A stretch of 64,000 bases of DNA from Octopus vulgaris (Eukaryota): assembly GCA_951406725.2 (NCBI GenBank), contig OX597814.1:79422001-79486000 (forward strand), read 5' to 3'. Positions within the stretch are counted from its first letter, which is position 1, and each line of letters begins with the position of its first letter. A program made the position numbers and the translations under genes. The notes beneath the pieces were generated by a model that did not search any database, was not told the origin of the DNA, and saw only the letters and a list, made by a program, of their open reading frames with translations. This document shows positions 37,730 to 51,565 of this stretch, one piece after another.

Positions 37730-37823
37730 TACACATATACAAATACGCGTTCTGCTACACTCGTTTTGGTCTATACTTTTGAATCACCCATTTCTATCGT
37801 CCTTTTCCATCTGTTACTTCTGA
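35843..37823 (+). mobile_element. Degenerate PLE (non-Naiad) with direct repeats and GIY-YIG relic
   Basis: ~115-nt direct repeat (35843-35958 vs ~37697-37823). Between the copies: YRCTNTNLIYAL and TGCRLSDKFLEHL at ~36781-36890. Confidence 0.65.
35952..35998 (+). ncRNA. Type I hammerhead ribozyme (same family as 12767-12815)
   Basis: CUUC-CUGAAGA-UUUC aucu GAAU-GAAA-CAG uucuaguc CUG-UA-GAAG. Confidence 0.75.
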
Positions 37824-38369
37824 TTGGCCGCTACTCAGTTTGTAGCCTGCTTACATCTATTCACAAACCCATTCACGCAACTATTGTTACTCATTCACGC
37901 TACTTCTTCTGTTGTGTCTTTCCATGCGCTTACTTTTTCTTTCAATTTCAGCAGCCATTTTCTTTCATTGAACCAATGTCTTGCTTTTCCCCTTCTTACT
38001 TCTATGTTATTTCATCTTCTTTTTGGATTGAATACACCATTTTCCTTGGACACTTTTTACCATCTTCTGAACTCTTTACCAATTTCTCGGACTGTCTACC
38101 AATTTCTTGGACATTTTGCTAAGCTTTCAAATTTTCTTCTCATCTTGAAATTCAAAATTCTCCAGCATTTTTTCTCCCATTTTCGAATTTTGGCATAAAA
38201 CTTCCTTCTTTGTTTCACAGATACACGCCTGAAAAAACGTTTAACCACTACTTGTTCTGGTTAATGTACTTGCACACACATGAATAAAATCCTCCACCTT
38301 GTTCTTGCCATTTCATATGCTCCTTCAATACTTCTCATATTCTCACACACACACTTTCACACAACCTAC

Positions 38370-38770
38370 TTAGGCGTAGCTGTATTTTAAGAAGTTTGCT
38401 TATCAACCACATTGTTCTGGGTTCAGTCCCACAGCGTGGCACCTTGGCAAGTGTCTCCTACTATGGCCGACGAAAGCCTTGTGAGTGAATTTGGTAGACT
38501 AAAACTGAAAGAAGCCACTTACGCACACACACATGTATTTATGTATGTATATATGGGCGTGTGCATGTATGTGTCTTTGTGTTTGTACTTGTCCCTCAAC
38601 ACCACTTGACAATTGGTGTTGGTTTGTTTTCGTCCTCGAAAATTAGTGCCTCGGCGAAAAGAGACCGCTGAAATAAATACCAGACTTTAAATTAAAACAA
38701 ATAAGTACGGGGGTCGATTTGTTTGATTAAATCTTAAAGACTGAAACTAGTAAAAAATAAAAGATATAAA
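38370..38770 (+). mobile_element. SINE family A
   Basis: Family A head and tail with internal deletions. Confidence 0.8.
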
Positions 38771-39187
38771 AGCTATCAACAATTAACCCCCACGCCAAGT
38801 AACGTCTCCACATTTCCACGCGCGTACACATCTATGCACGTACACCGCACTAATTACACACGAACAACATTATGCCTCAGACCCATTCCCAGACACTGTC
38901 ACACTCGGATACCTGCACCAACACACCCGTTCTTCGTCCTTCTTTATTCCTTTCCAGAGAGAGAGAGAGAGCGAGAAAGAGAGAGCGAGAAAGAGAGAGA
39001 GAAGAATAGAGAGAAACAGACAGATAGTCAGAGATAGCGCGTGTGTAATGAGTGTGTGAGAGCAAGAGGGAGAAAGCGAGAAAGAGAAAGAGAGAAAATG
39101 ACAGGCAGACAGAGAGAAAACAGACATATAGACAGACAGATAGTGTGTGTATGAGTGAGTGTGTGAGAGCAAGAAGGGCAAGAGAGA

Positions 39188-39229
<42 letters not shown>

Positions 39230-39261
39230 CAGAGAGTGTGTGTATGTGTGAGACAGTGTAT

Positions 39262-39300
<39 letters not shown>

Positions 39301-40018
39301 GACAGAGAGACAGAGAGACGGTCAGAGAGTGTTTATATGCGTGTGAGAGTACGTAAGAGAGAGGGGGTGAAAGAGATAGAGAGAGAGATGGGAAGAGAAA
39401 GAGACAAAAACTGAAATAGACAAACTGAACCCATAATTTTCCGTGCTTGAAATTCAAGCTCAGCAAATTAGCTGGTAATAAATCTCAGAATGAATTTATT
39501 TTTTAATAACTCATTCTTTTCCTTCTGCAAATATGTTTTCCTCTGTCTTTTCTTCGTGAATCGTTGTGTAATATTTAGGTAAGTTACAGTGAAGCTATGC
39601 TACCGCTGATGAAACTCCACGAACAGAAACATATCCAAAGTTATCTCCCCTACCTGCTGGAATATGAATTTAAAAGTATTATTTCCTTCCATCAATCTTA
39701 TCTAAGATTATTAATGCTCTCTTGTATTAAATACATAAATCAGTGTAGGATTTAGTTTGGTCCAGTTTTAATCCTGAGGTCAATACTCACTACAGTTGAT
39801 TTGAACTTTTTTTTCATTCGTATTTGCTCCATAACTATAAGTAGCCGTAATATGTTAATTTAATTCTATAAAACTGCTCCCGTGCTTGGTGAAAAAAGAA
39901 ATCGTTTATTTGTTTTGAGAGGGCAAACTGGTTTCGATCTTATTCATTCATGCCATTACAGAACTAAATAGGTCTAGACTTCACACAAAAGTATGGAGTG
40001 TTGAGGGAGAAGTGAGAA

Positions 40019-40061
<43 letters not shown>

Positions 40062-40229
40062 AGGAGAGAAATTAAAGCGAGAAAACGAGGCGGAGGAAAA
40101 GCTATGAAGAGGTAGGGACGATACTTAATTCATGCATACGAAAAATGTTGTTAAATGCACAAATACCGAACGCGCCAACAAACTTACAGACGTTCATACA
40201 CATATATATACATATATATATATATATAC

Positions 40230-40316
<87 letters not shown>

Positions 40317-40357
40317 TATACATATATATATATACATATATATACATATATATATAC

Positions 40358-40407
<50 letters not shown>

Positions 40408-40694
40408 TATATAAAGTCAAACGTATTCACAATTAAAACACATGCATAGTCACTGTATCTCTCACATTCGCTCACACAAATGCACACACATACGCACACA
40501 CCTACACACACCGGAATCGCATTGTATTTTCCAACATGTGCGTGAAGATGTTTGTGTTGCTGTTGTTCATGCTGTTGTTCATCATGGTCGTCATCGCTGT
40601 CATTGTTGTAATTTTTCATGTCATAATTGAGTGTTGTTGCTCTTGCTATATTGTTGCTGTCAGTGTTGCTTTCGAAAACAAAACAAAAAAAAAC

Positions 40695-40751
<57 letters not shown>

Positions 40752-41099
40752 TGATGGTGGTGGTGGTGATGATGATGATGATGATAAATAACTCAAAACA
40801 AAAATTAAAAGAAACAAACAACATTTTCATCCTTTCTTTTCGCACTTTTTCTTTTGTTTTCTTTTCCCTATCTTTCTTTTTTCCCCTTTTTTCGTTCACA
40901 ATATTCATATTCAGACATAAACCCTACATAAATATATTTTCACGTTTGCTTTTATCTCCACGATTGGTTGCAAATTTTATGAACAATAATGGAGTGAAGT
41001 TTAAAAAAAGGAAGCACGTCACAATGAAATACGAATGACGTATTGGTGGTTTCCATCCTTTATTTGGGTCTTCTCTCCACCGAATAGCAATAAAAATAC

Positions 41100-41650
41100 T
41101 CTGCAATAGGGTGCCTTTACCACATGTTCACGAGTATGGAGTTCTGTGTCAGGCGTTTCTTAAGCCTTCTGTCCCACCATACCACGAAAAGACTGGCCAC
41201 ATCACCGGCGATACTAACGCCGATGGCTGTCCCCTCGTCCTGGACGTATATTTCGTTGTTAAACGTGTGGCCTTTTAGGGTAACTCTTGCACTAGCTCCT
41301 AGTGCGATCATTTTCTTTACCTGATAAACATTTGCGGGGGTCCGTATGGCTCTGGTCCATCAACTCCATCTCTCTATAGGAGTTTTCCTAGCCATATAAG
41401 TAATTATGGGTGGTCTACCTCTTAAACGTCTACTAGGGCAGAAACTACTAAGGTCGTGTTTATCTAAATATTCATTGTCATATGTCAGTCTAAGTTGGAG
41501 GCCCAGTTCCTCTGTGTTGACATTGCGGAACTCCACTTCGCTCTCGTTGATCATCTCCACGCAATTTTCCACCGCAAAATCCACGTCGATAGATGGGTAT
41601 AGGGATACCACATCCATGCTATCCATAGTCGTTTCTCCGAAAATCATTAT
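41100..41650 (-). pseudogene. PLE reverse transcriptase relic (Neptune/Poseidon-like)
   Basis: SMDVVSLYPSIDVD (RT catalytic-Asp motif) and HTFNNEIYVQDEGTAIGVSIAGDVASLFVVWWD. Frameshifted. Confidence 0.8.
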
Positions 41651-41779
41651 AATTAGTCGCTCAACAACAACAACGACGACGACAACAACAAAAATAGTTG
41701 TTTGATAGGCACAAGGCTTGAAATTTTGGGGGAAGGGACTAATAGATCACATCGACCCCACTGCATATATCTTGGAATC

Positions 41780-43450
41780 GAGTAGCATATATCTCTGCCG
41801 ATCGATCAAAGATCGAATTATAGGCTCATTTCTACGTTAGCTTCTGCCATTCGAATGGCTTTCGTTTGATTATGTTTGACAACGCACACCCAAGCTCTGA
41901 CAACGCAAACTTCGTGCTTAGCAATTAAGAAATGACCTTGAGACAATTTCGCTGCCAATGTGGTAGCCGCAATATCTTTCCTCAGTACCTCTCCTATGTT
42001 CCTAACTATGTTCTTCTTCTGTACAAGAATTCTTTGTGGCTACTTGCTTACTATACATTATCAAAACTAACCTAACAACCCTTTTCAAGGCTAAGCGCCA
42101 TCAGTGGTTGATTGCTTCCGTCAACCTAGGCTTAATTAGTTCTCTAGTCTGATCTCTGTAAGCTTGTCGCGCTGGGAAAGACGCGTTCAGTTTCCAGTCT
42201 CTAAGCAGCCTCCCTAAATCAACCGTACAAATCATAAATTTGTGGTCTGAAGAGACGACTAATTTGAACTCTGGACTCTCTATCCTATCTCTTACTGCTG
42301 GACTACAATTACTCTATTTAGATACGATCTGAACAACGGCACCTGTTAGATAGTTAAAAATGTCCGAGCAGATTTGAGAGGCTTTTGTAGCCCCTCATCT
42401 TTCAGCCAGCGCTGCAAATCCTAACATACATCCAAGATGGCATTCCTATCGTCCATTAACACTGAAAAGCGGAAAGTTCCCAAGAAAACCTCCGGATGTC
42501 TGACCTGTTTGTCCTACATTTGTCGGGTCGGAGGTAACTACTAGTCTTAGCTACTTTTCATGTCGAGGATCACCAACTTACTGCCCGGGTCCAGGAAGAT
42601 CGACCATATTTTCAGACCTAAGTCTTTCAGAAGACTGACGCTCTGCATCCCATTTCTGTCGAATTAAAGATGAGTAGATCTCAAATCATAAAAAGTGGAC
42701 AACATAGCACGTGTGACGGAAATCTCGGTCTTGAATGGCTATCACATTCATTGATAGTGGCATCACTACTTCTGATATGACTCCTGGGCTACATGCATTT
42801 ATGCAACCCACTTAAAGTTGACATGGTTGTAGAAAAGAAGACAGGAAAAAAAAATGGTCATCTATCTTAATGGATTTTCTTTAGGCAATCGAGTGTATAA
42901 AAATCCCTTTTCTGGGCGAGGTTCCTTGGGAAACCCTAAAATAGCGTATATGAGGCTACTCAGATTCCTAAAGCCATATAGGAAATCCTTATATCTTTCT
43001 AATGGTAGTTTTACCCATTTTAAGTCCCCTAGGATTTTCATAGTACTTTAATTGAAAGCCTGCCCTCTGTCACTAAGTCGCCACTCTGTGTTATATATGA
43101 AAGTATGATGGTAGCACTTTAGCTTTTCACTTACTAGTACAAAATCGGAAGAGGGTGCAATATGTTGTTGTGCAGAGTTGTGTATTGGGGATGGTATTTG
43201 TTCTGATTGTTGTTGGATAATGTGTTTGCCTGCGGATCTGTCTGCCCTAGATGCTTAATATCTTGGCATACCTCAAGTGGACCGTTTCTACTTGTGCGGT
43301 AGTGATCATCACCTCTCTCGTATCAACAAACTCTACTCTCTTACTCTCGTCTCTCACACCAAATGACTCTAACATAGCTCAATCTCCTCTCCCTGCTCTT
43401 TCTACTGCTACTACAGTGGCCTCAGTTCTTCGAAGATAGGTGGTCCTACG
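41780..43450 (-). pseudogene. L1/Tx1-like LINE relic (APE endonuclease region)
   Basis: Minus-strand pieces PGSKLVILD and VLMDDRNAILD resemble the APE motifs GRLVVLD and GDWNAILD. Heavily degraded. Confidence 0.45.
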
Positions 43451-45317
43451 TCACCTTCAATCTGGAACTCCCAAATCAGTCACCTCTCCTCATATCGCCA
43501 CGTATGTTAAAGGCTTCCCATTCCTCACACTAACCAATATGTCCTGACCTTCCTCTGCAGAACATATATCTGTAAGCACCTCTCTGTACATTCATTTTAC
43601 TCCAGTAGCCGTTCATTTGCAACAGTTAAAGAGAAATATTAACTGCGTTGATCTCATCGTTTTGCAGGCCCGGAGAAGGACATGGGTACAAAATACTTTT
43701 GCAGACCAACCCATTAAAAAGTAAGACACTTTATTCGGATTCCTGTCAACGCTGCTATTGCAATAGCCTCCTTGCCTCTAATATTATCGATTTTCTAACA
43801 TGGAAAAAAATCTGTGATTTCATTTTGTCCCAATACCCCGCTGGTATTTATTGGTCCTAGAAGGACGAAATACAAAATTTACCTCGACTAGATTACAAGA
43901 CATTACATAATGGGCCGTAACTAAACACCACAAGGAATTTCGTCCAACTGCGTATCGATACAGTATTCAGTAACATGGATTTCTTCTACTGACACAAGGC
44001 CACAAATTTGGGATTTGGGGATTTAGGTGGGGAGATATATTCGATTATATGCACACAGTACTTGGTTAGGGATTTATTTTATTGTATTTTATTGTTCTCT
44101 TGAGGAATGAAAGAAAAGTCAATCTCGCTGGCAAAATTTAATTTACCATCTGATTTAACATCAGCACTACTGACCGTTGGACGTGTTAGTGAAATTAACT
44201 CTCTTGCCAGAGTTCGGGTTATGTCCCCGGCTTGAGAATAACTGCCACCCCTTCCTCCTACTTGTGTCGGAGGTCCTCAGGAAACAAAGTGTCTGTCGTT
44301 GCCCACTGCCCTTTCTTCTTTCCACCGATTAAACGATAATAAAAGGAACACTGCTAAATGTCACGAGACATTTTTGCCCGACCCTCTAACAATTCTGCCA
44401 AGCCACTACCCTTGTCTCCACCAATACGAAGAACTAAATATTTTGTTAATTCTTAACAAGTTTATTGATGCTCCATTACTTCAGAATTCGGAAAAGAACA
44501 TAATTATGCTGCGAAGATTACGAGAAAAGAAAGATTTATTGCTTCGTATTAATATTTTTAGGAAGGATTTTCATACAAAATACACAAAAAAAGACATCGG
44601 GCGTTTGTTTGTATTTAATGATGAGTCACTTAAACTATGTAAGAATTCTATGATGGAATTGAATGGTAACTTTACCAGATTCTGTCATACTCTGTGAATA
44701 TGTGACAGTCAGTTTGAATGACACATAATAACACGGATGCCTGCACTTTTATATAAGAATAAGATAATACAGTCGACCAAGGATAATTCGTTTTACAGTT
44801 GGTGTAGTCGTTGCCATTGTTATTTTTGTCGTTATAGTTAGTGTTGTTGTTGTTGTTATTGTTGTTGTTGCATCTGAGTTGCTTAAACAGCAGAGCATTT
44901 TGCTATTTAGTTCATAGCTGAAAAATCCAACCAGATTTTATTTTTTTGCCTTTCATTCTCGATAAAACCTATACTATTCAAGTAGTATTGTCCATTAAAT
45001 CTACTACAATGTAAGATAATCATTATCATCGTAGTCGTCTTCATCCTCCTCCTCCTCCTCCTCCTCCTCATCCTCCTCATCATCATCATTATCATCATCA
45101 TCATCATCATCATCATTATCATCATCATCTGCTGAAGTCGATTTTAATTTCAACCCTTCGGTCTTCGCAAAATGTCATCTGCCAATTCCTGGTAAATATT
45201 TATCCTCTCCAAACAGTCAGACATTCTGAGTTGGATTCAACCGAGTTTGACTTCGTCCTTTCAGAGTTGATGGAATATAGTACAAGTCAAGTACTGTGTT
45301 CGATGGTATCAGCCATC

Positions 45318-45585
45318 CAGTGATTCACAACCATATTTTGCCTATGGAACCCTTTGGTTCTTACTTTACTTTACTGACCCATCCCACCTCCACCACATAG
45401 CCATTTGATACTTCAAAAAATCATATTATATTTTTATAATTAAATATTATTAGGAATTGTATAAAAATAATTATTAAAACATTTTGTGTATAGTAGAATT
45501 ATAACCTGTTTATTAGGCATAAACTTTAACAGCAAAATATTATATGGACCTCAAGGGTCATACAGACCCCGGTTGAAAACCACAG
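45318..45585. mobile_element. hAT-type MITE nested in a family B SINE
   Basis: TIRs CAGTGATTCACAACC ... GGTTGAAAACCACAG. The SINE sequence resumes on either side. Confidence 0.55.
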
Positions 45586-45699
45586 GACTAACCCTTCCAC
45601 AGAATTGTTGGCCTTGTGCCTAAATCAGAAACCATTATTATTGTTGTTAATGATTTTGTTGTTGTTGGTTGTTTAGAAATAATCAGTATGGGATTTATC

Positions 45700-46072
45700 A
45701 AAAGACTCTCTTCAGTCATGAATGATCATGGGATTGCACCTAGAAAGTTTCTCTCTTGAAGAATGAAAGAAACAGTTAATCTCGCTGGCAAAATTTAATT
45801 TACCATCTGATTTAAGCAAGGTTGTCTATGGAAGACTAGCAATGCCCATGCATACCGGCCTCTCCTCTCCACGCCATCGGTGTTATCCAAGGGAAACGCA
45901 AAGGCCGATACAGCTTGGAACTAGTGACATCGCAACTCATTTCTGAAGCTGAGTGAATTGGAGCAATGTGAAATAAAATGTCTTGCTCAAGAACACAACA
46001 CACAGCCCCGTCCAGGAATCGAAGTCATTACCTCATGATTGTGAGTCCGATGCTCTAACCACTGAGCCATGC
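45700..46072 (-). mobile_element. tRNA-derived SINE
   Basis: Reverse complement of GCATGGCTCAGTGGTTAGAGCATCGGACTCACAATCATGAGG...TTCGATTCCTGGAC...TTGAGCAAGACATTTTATTTCACATTGCTCC. Confidence 0.75.
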
Positions 46073-46214
46073 GAAGGTGATGCATATTGAAGTAATTTCT
46101 GGTTTTTATGATTTAACCCTAATCTAGAAAGCTAACGATATATTTATCACTTACATATGTCTCCTACTGCTTCTGTTTTATGACAATGTACTCAACCTCG
46201 TTTCCCTCCCGTTG

Positions 46215-46600
46215 ATATGTATTAAGAAGCTTGCTTCCCAACCACATGTCCAACTGCGTAGTATGTTGGGCTACTGTCTTCTACTAAAGCCTCGGGCCAA
46301 CCAAAGCCTTGTGAGTAGATTTGGTAGACAGAAACTGAAAGGAACCCATCGCATATATGTATATTTATGTGTGTCTCTTCGTGTCTGTGCTTGTCTCCTA
46401 TCACCGCTTCACAACCGGTCTTAGTGTGTTTACGTCTCGTAAATTTGCGGTTCGGCAAATGAGACAGATAGAATAAGTACCAGGCTTTAAAAAATAAGTA
46501 CTGTGCTCGATTCATTCGACAAAAAAAAAAAGGAGATTCTACGAGGAGGTGCCCCAGCATGTTCGCAGTCCAATGACCGAACCAAATAGAAAATAGAACA
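46215..46600 (+). mobile_element. SINE family A
   Basis: Family A head-to-tail match. Confidence 0.8.
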
Positions 46601-46689
46601 TAATACACACACACGCGCATGTGCGCACGCACGCACACATGCACCCACACACACAACGTATTGGAGTTGTTGGTTTTCTTCATTTGATC

Positions 46690-47680
46690 AGCACATACCT
46701 TTGGGTTACGCCGTCGAGCGGTGAGTCAATATTTGGTCTTATGCAGAGGTTCTCTATGGTGTTTTTACAGTATCTTATGGATGTTGCATTTCATACCTGT
46801 TCGATGTTACAATACGTTATAATCTCTCAAAGAAACGAATGTATCGATACCATATAACTCATTCGTTTGTTTTTATTGTTACGTTATGTCACGCTGAAGT
46901 CCCCTTCAGCTTTGGATGTTCTTGGAGTTACGGATTACTAAACATCAAGGAACTTCCCTACATCGATGCCTCCATCATAAATTGGATTGTTTACCTGTAT
47001 TTTACTGTATTAATGTGATGGGCTCCACTTTGATATGCCCCGATTTTAATTGAACCTCTATAATCAATCCCTTGTAATCGATACATATATTTTATAATTT
47101 TCACATTAGCATTTCGCTAAATCAGTCATAATCTGGATGTAGCCGAAACCATGCAGCAACGGTGTAGTTACAACTGACGAGCTTATAATTTTTCAGGTGA
47201 AACTAGTCTAGTCTAGTGATCTGGCTTCGTGTATGAGGCGGTTATCTCCCCTGGCAGTATATAAAAATGTACTTTCTTGCAGTTCTAAGAGATTTTAACC
47301 CATATATCTAGCAATATAGGTGCTACTCAGCATCCTCAGTCACAATTAGAGACAATTAAATTTTTCCATTTTGGTTTTATATTGCGTATAGCTACCTTCA
47401 TTACCTTCATTCTATATATATACTTTGGTTTTAATTCATTGATCATTTCAAAATTGATCAATTTTCTTTAGCGCTCCAGTTAGTTAAGACTTATAAATGT
47501 AGCACCAATCAGCAAAGGCTCTTAAATATCATTATCTAGGTAGGTAATCTACTAGCTAATCTTCTCCTAGCATCGTGCAAAGATATACCCGTAATGTAAT
47601 CTAAAAAAGAGGCTTGACAGAGGTTGAATAATGATCTCCAGTTTGGCGTTAACGTATGAAGATATAATACAGAGAATATA
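46690..47680 (-). pseudogene. CR1/L2-like RT relic
   Basis: Non-repetitive, coding-like minus-strand sequence with degraded IYV...KWSP-type C-terminal motifs. Many stops. Confidence 0.35.
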
Positions 47681-47981
47681 AGAGGAAAAATGTTGGGGCA
47701 CAGCGAATTAAATGAAAGAAGATAGGGAGAGAAAGTGGGAGAAAGAGAACCAGAGAGTATGGGGAAGAGGAGAGTATACTGAGATTGACTCACTTCCGCT
47801 ACGTTTCGTCTTGGGACATAAGAACGAGAAAAATCGACAACAAATTGGATTGAATACACATCGTGTCTCCGGTGGCTTAACACATACAAACTAGTGAATA
47901 ACAATTTCTCAATTCGCTTAGAGCTTTTTATAGAAATTCCTGTTTCCGTTACGTATGCGATTCTGTGTATATACGTACGTG

Positions 47982-48075
<94 letters not shown>

Positions 48076-48422
48076 GATCGATCTATCTGCATATATATAT
48101 TTACGTATGTATGTAACTGTATCATGCCACCTTCATCCGTATGTATGCGTGTATATGTCTGTGTCTATACATATATATATATATATGTATTTATATATTT
48201 ATGTATATACATATATATTAAACAATAAACGTACACACGCAGACTCACACGCACACACGCACACTATGCACACATACACACGCCCACACATATATACATA
48301 CACCATCTGTAAATATACAGTGATAATAATATACAAACTCATAATCAATCAATCAGTCATGCAATCGATCTATGTATTTGTCTGTCGGTATGCATGTACG
48401 TATATACATACACATACATATG

Positions 48423-48454
<32 letters not shown>

Positions 48455-49005
48455 CATACATATGTGTATATATATTTTTTTACACATATATATATGTATA
48501 TATATGCATTTATATGCATTTCTATAGGTATCTGTATATTCATGCATATATAAGTATATGTATGTATACGTGTAAATTCATTAAAATATCTCATGATATA
48601 CAGCCTATACAATACCTGGGAGTAGACGTCGTTATATGTAATAGACAGAGTGCACAACTATATGAATAATGAAAAGAGGGTTATGGCCGTTACTTTAGTA
48701 TCAAAAGTATGTAACTGATTATCCATATGCAAAGACAGAATGAGTAGGATCATATATAAATGCATATATGAGAGCATATACAATATGTTTAATAAACATA
48801 TATACAAACTCGGTACGTTAATATTGTTTAAGATTCAAAACAGCATTCGGTCGGTGTCTATATATACGTACGTACACACACAGACACACACACACAAATG
48901 CATACATGCGTATATACATGCATCTATTTAATTATATACATATATATAAATATATAAAACATACGTATATACATTTATATAGATGTATATACGTATATAT
49001 ATATG

Positions 49006-49057
<52 letters not shown>

Positions 49058-49074
49058 TATACAGATAGAACTAT

Positions 49075-49228
49075 CAAGAGAATCTTCAGGAAGCCCTGAA
49101 GAGCTTCCTGAAATTTCTCTTGAATGAAACAGTTCTGTCTGTAAACTCCTTATATAATAAATTAATTTTACTCTGCTATGTATTGAGTACCTTATTTACT
49201 GTGGTTAACCCCGAATCAAACCGGGACC

Positions 49229-49235
<7 letters not shown>
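49075..49235 (+). mobile_element. PLE end fragment with decayed hammerhead and inverted 5' piece
   Basis: Shares TGAATGAAACAGTTCT...TACTCTGCTATGTATTGAGTACCTTATTTACTGTGGTTAACCCCGA...CCGGGACCTACA with 35970-36085. Flanked by (TA)n. Confidence 0.7.
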
Positions 49236-49270
<35 letters not shown>

Positions 49271-49274
49271 TATA

Positions 49275-49381
<107 letters not shown>

Positions 49382-50744
49382 GTATGTATAACAACTTCAC
49401 TCTTACTGTCACCTTTATTTACTAATTAAATCATGGCTTACTAGTGCAAAAGCCACACTTCTGTTTGTTATTTTTCCTCCATTTTCTTCTCGTCTATATA
49501 AATTAAACTACGGTTACCGCTCAATTACCCGCTTCCGTATACCTTTTATCAAGGAATATACTTACTGAGGTAATTACCAGAAGTGCCTTTGGATATATCT
49601 TTCCCTTAGAGGCTTTAAATACTTCTAACTATATATATATATATATATAAATGCATATATATGTGTGCGTGTGTGTACATATATGTATATGTGTATACAC
49701 ACACACACACACACATCAACATGTGTCAACCTTCACAGAACACGCAAGATGTTGATGCCTTACCGCAGTCACGTACTTTTGCATTGTACAGGTTTCTCTG
49801 CTTGAATTATGCATAAACTTGTGTCAGAAATTCTAGTGTAAAAGATATACACTGGCTCCAGCTCTCATTAACGATTTACATTTTGCATTCAGTTCCTTAC
49901 AAAAATATAATAATGATCAACTAATTGCAAGAACATCTAATAGCATTTTATGTTCAAGACGATTAATGTTTATTAGATGTACTGTAAGAATCATTAACTA
50001 ATCAATCAATTATGTGTCGGTCATTTTGGATCTCTTGGATGAAACTGAAAAAAAATTTCTTTTTAGTCATTTACACGACACCACACCGAATGCTTCCCTA
50101 ATTCCCTCCCCTCAACAAGCACCGAAGATGCAACAATTTAAAACAGAATCGACTTTCTCTGAACTGTCTCAAATCATGTATTTTGCTAATAGAATGAGAA
50201 ATCTTTTGGTGATGCATGTTTTTATTAGTTCATTAGTACGTACGTTGCTGGTTATAATCTGCTTGTACTCCTTTCACTTCAAAACAAGAAAATATAATCA
50301 TTAGCACTTTCTGAAACCACCGTATTAACTGTAGTGAAACAAAAAGCAATAAACAATTATAATTTTTTTTCTTTATTTTCCACTTGCTAATAGAAAATGC
50401 ACCTCTCCCGATCCTACTAGTATAATAATGCAATAGCAGTAAGAATGTGAACAGAATCCTATCATATGATTTAACGAATCTTAATTTAAAGCAACAATCA
50501 AATCCAAATTTATATATATGTGTTATGGAAAATATTCATAAATATGTTCGTGTTTGCCACTTAGATAATATGGACAGTAGAGAAAAGTGTTATGAAAATT
50601 GTACCGGTAGAAAGAGATAAAGTGTAAATGAAACTTGACACATATTAAATTTGGGTGAACGAAAACAGTCAGTGTTGTAGAAAATAACATGAAGTGAATA
50701 TCACCGAGTTAGCCTTTGCTCTAGCAAATCATGGTACAGAAGTA

Positions 50745-51250
50745 CAGGGTGTTCAAAAGGTCTCTCTGCAGTAAGTATTTTATTGCAAAATAAATATTTA
50801 TAAGATGGTATAAGACTACAAAAGAATATATTAGACATTACAAGACTAAAAAACATTATAAGAGGTGTTGAAAGTGTCGTCCTTCATTTTCAATACATTA
50901 AATTTAATTTATTTTTGACTGCCCTGTGAGCACTTCCTAGGCTGAGACTTACTGCGGAGAGACATTTTGAACACCTTGCAGAAGAGAAGTAGTTAACATA
51001 CGTGTTTTCCAACTCGTAGAAATACTCATTGCCAGAAGATTTCGCTCTCAAATTAACGTGACATGAAACAGTTGTGGGAGAATGAGTTCTGTTTTGGGTT
51101 GTGAGACGCACTGAGGAGCAGCTGCTCAGCTTGTCTAGTGTCGAGTGAATGTGAAAAAATACTTTGAAATTTCACCTTCCTTATTCACAAATGACTTCAC
51201 CCGCCATTGAAATGTAGTTGTTATCTACAAGATCTACTTAAATTGTTATA
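50745..51250 (-). mobile_element. Internally deleted Tc1-like element
   Basis: TA|CAGGGTG terminus. The minus strand gives the C-terminus CIENEGRHFQHLL* fused to the HTH-like AVSLSLGSAHRAVKNKLNL. Confidence 0.65.
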
Positions 51251-51510
51251 TGCCTTCCACATTGGGAGAACTAATGACAGAGTCACTATATCTTATAAGG
51301 AAAGAGGACGGGAGGGTAAAACGTGATCATACCTGAAAGCGAGTACACAGCCTTCATGCATGCATGTATGTATGTATGTATGTATGTATGTATGTATGTA
51401 TGTATGTATGTATGTATGTATGTATGAATGTATGTATGTATGAATGTATGTATGTATGTATGTATGTATGTATGTATGTATGTATGTATGTATGTATGTA
51501 TGTATGTATG

Positions 51511-51565
<55 letters not shown>

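Noticed and set aside
39605-39642. CTGATGA...GAAAC as a hammerhead
   Set aside because: No stem II or stem I pairing.
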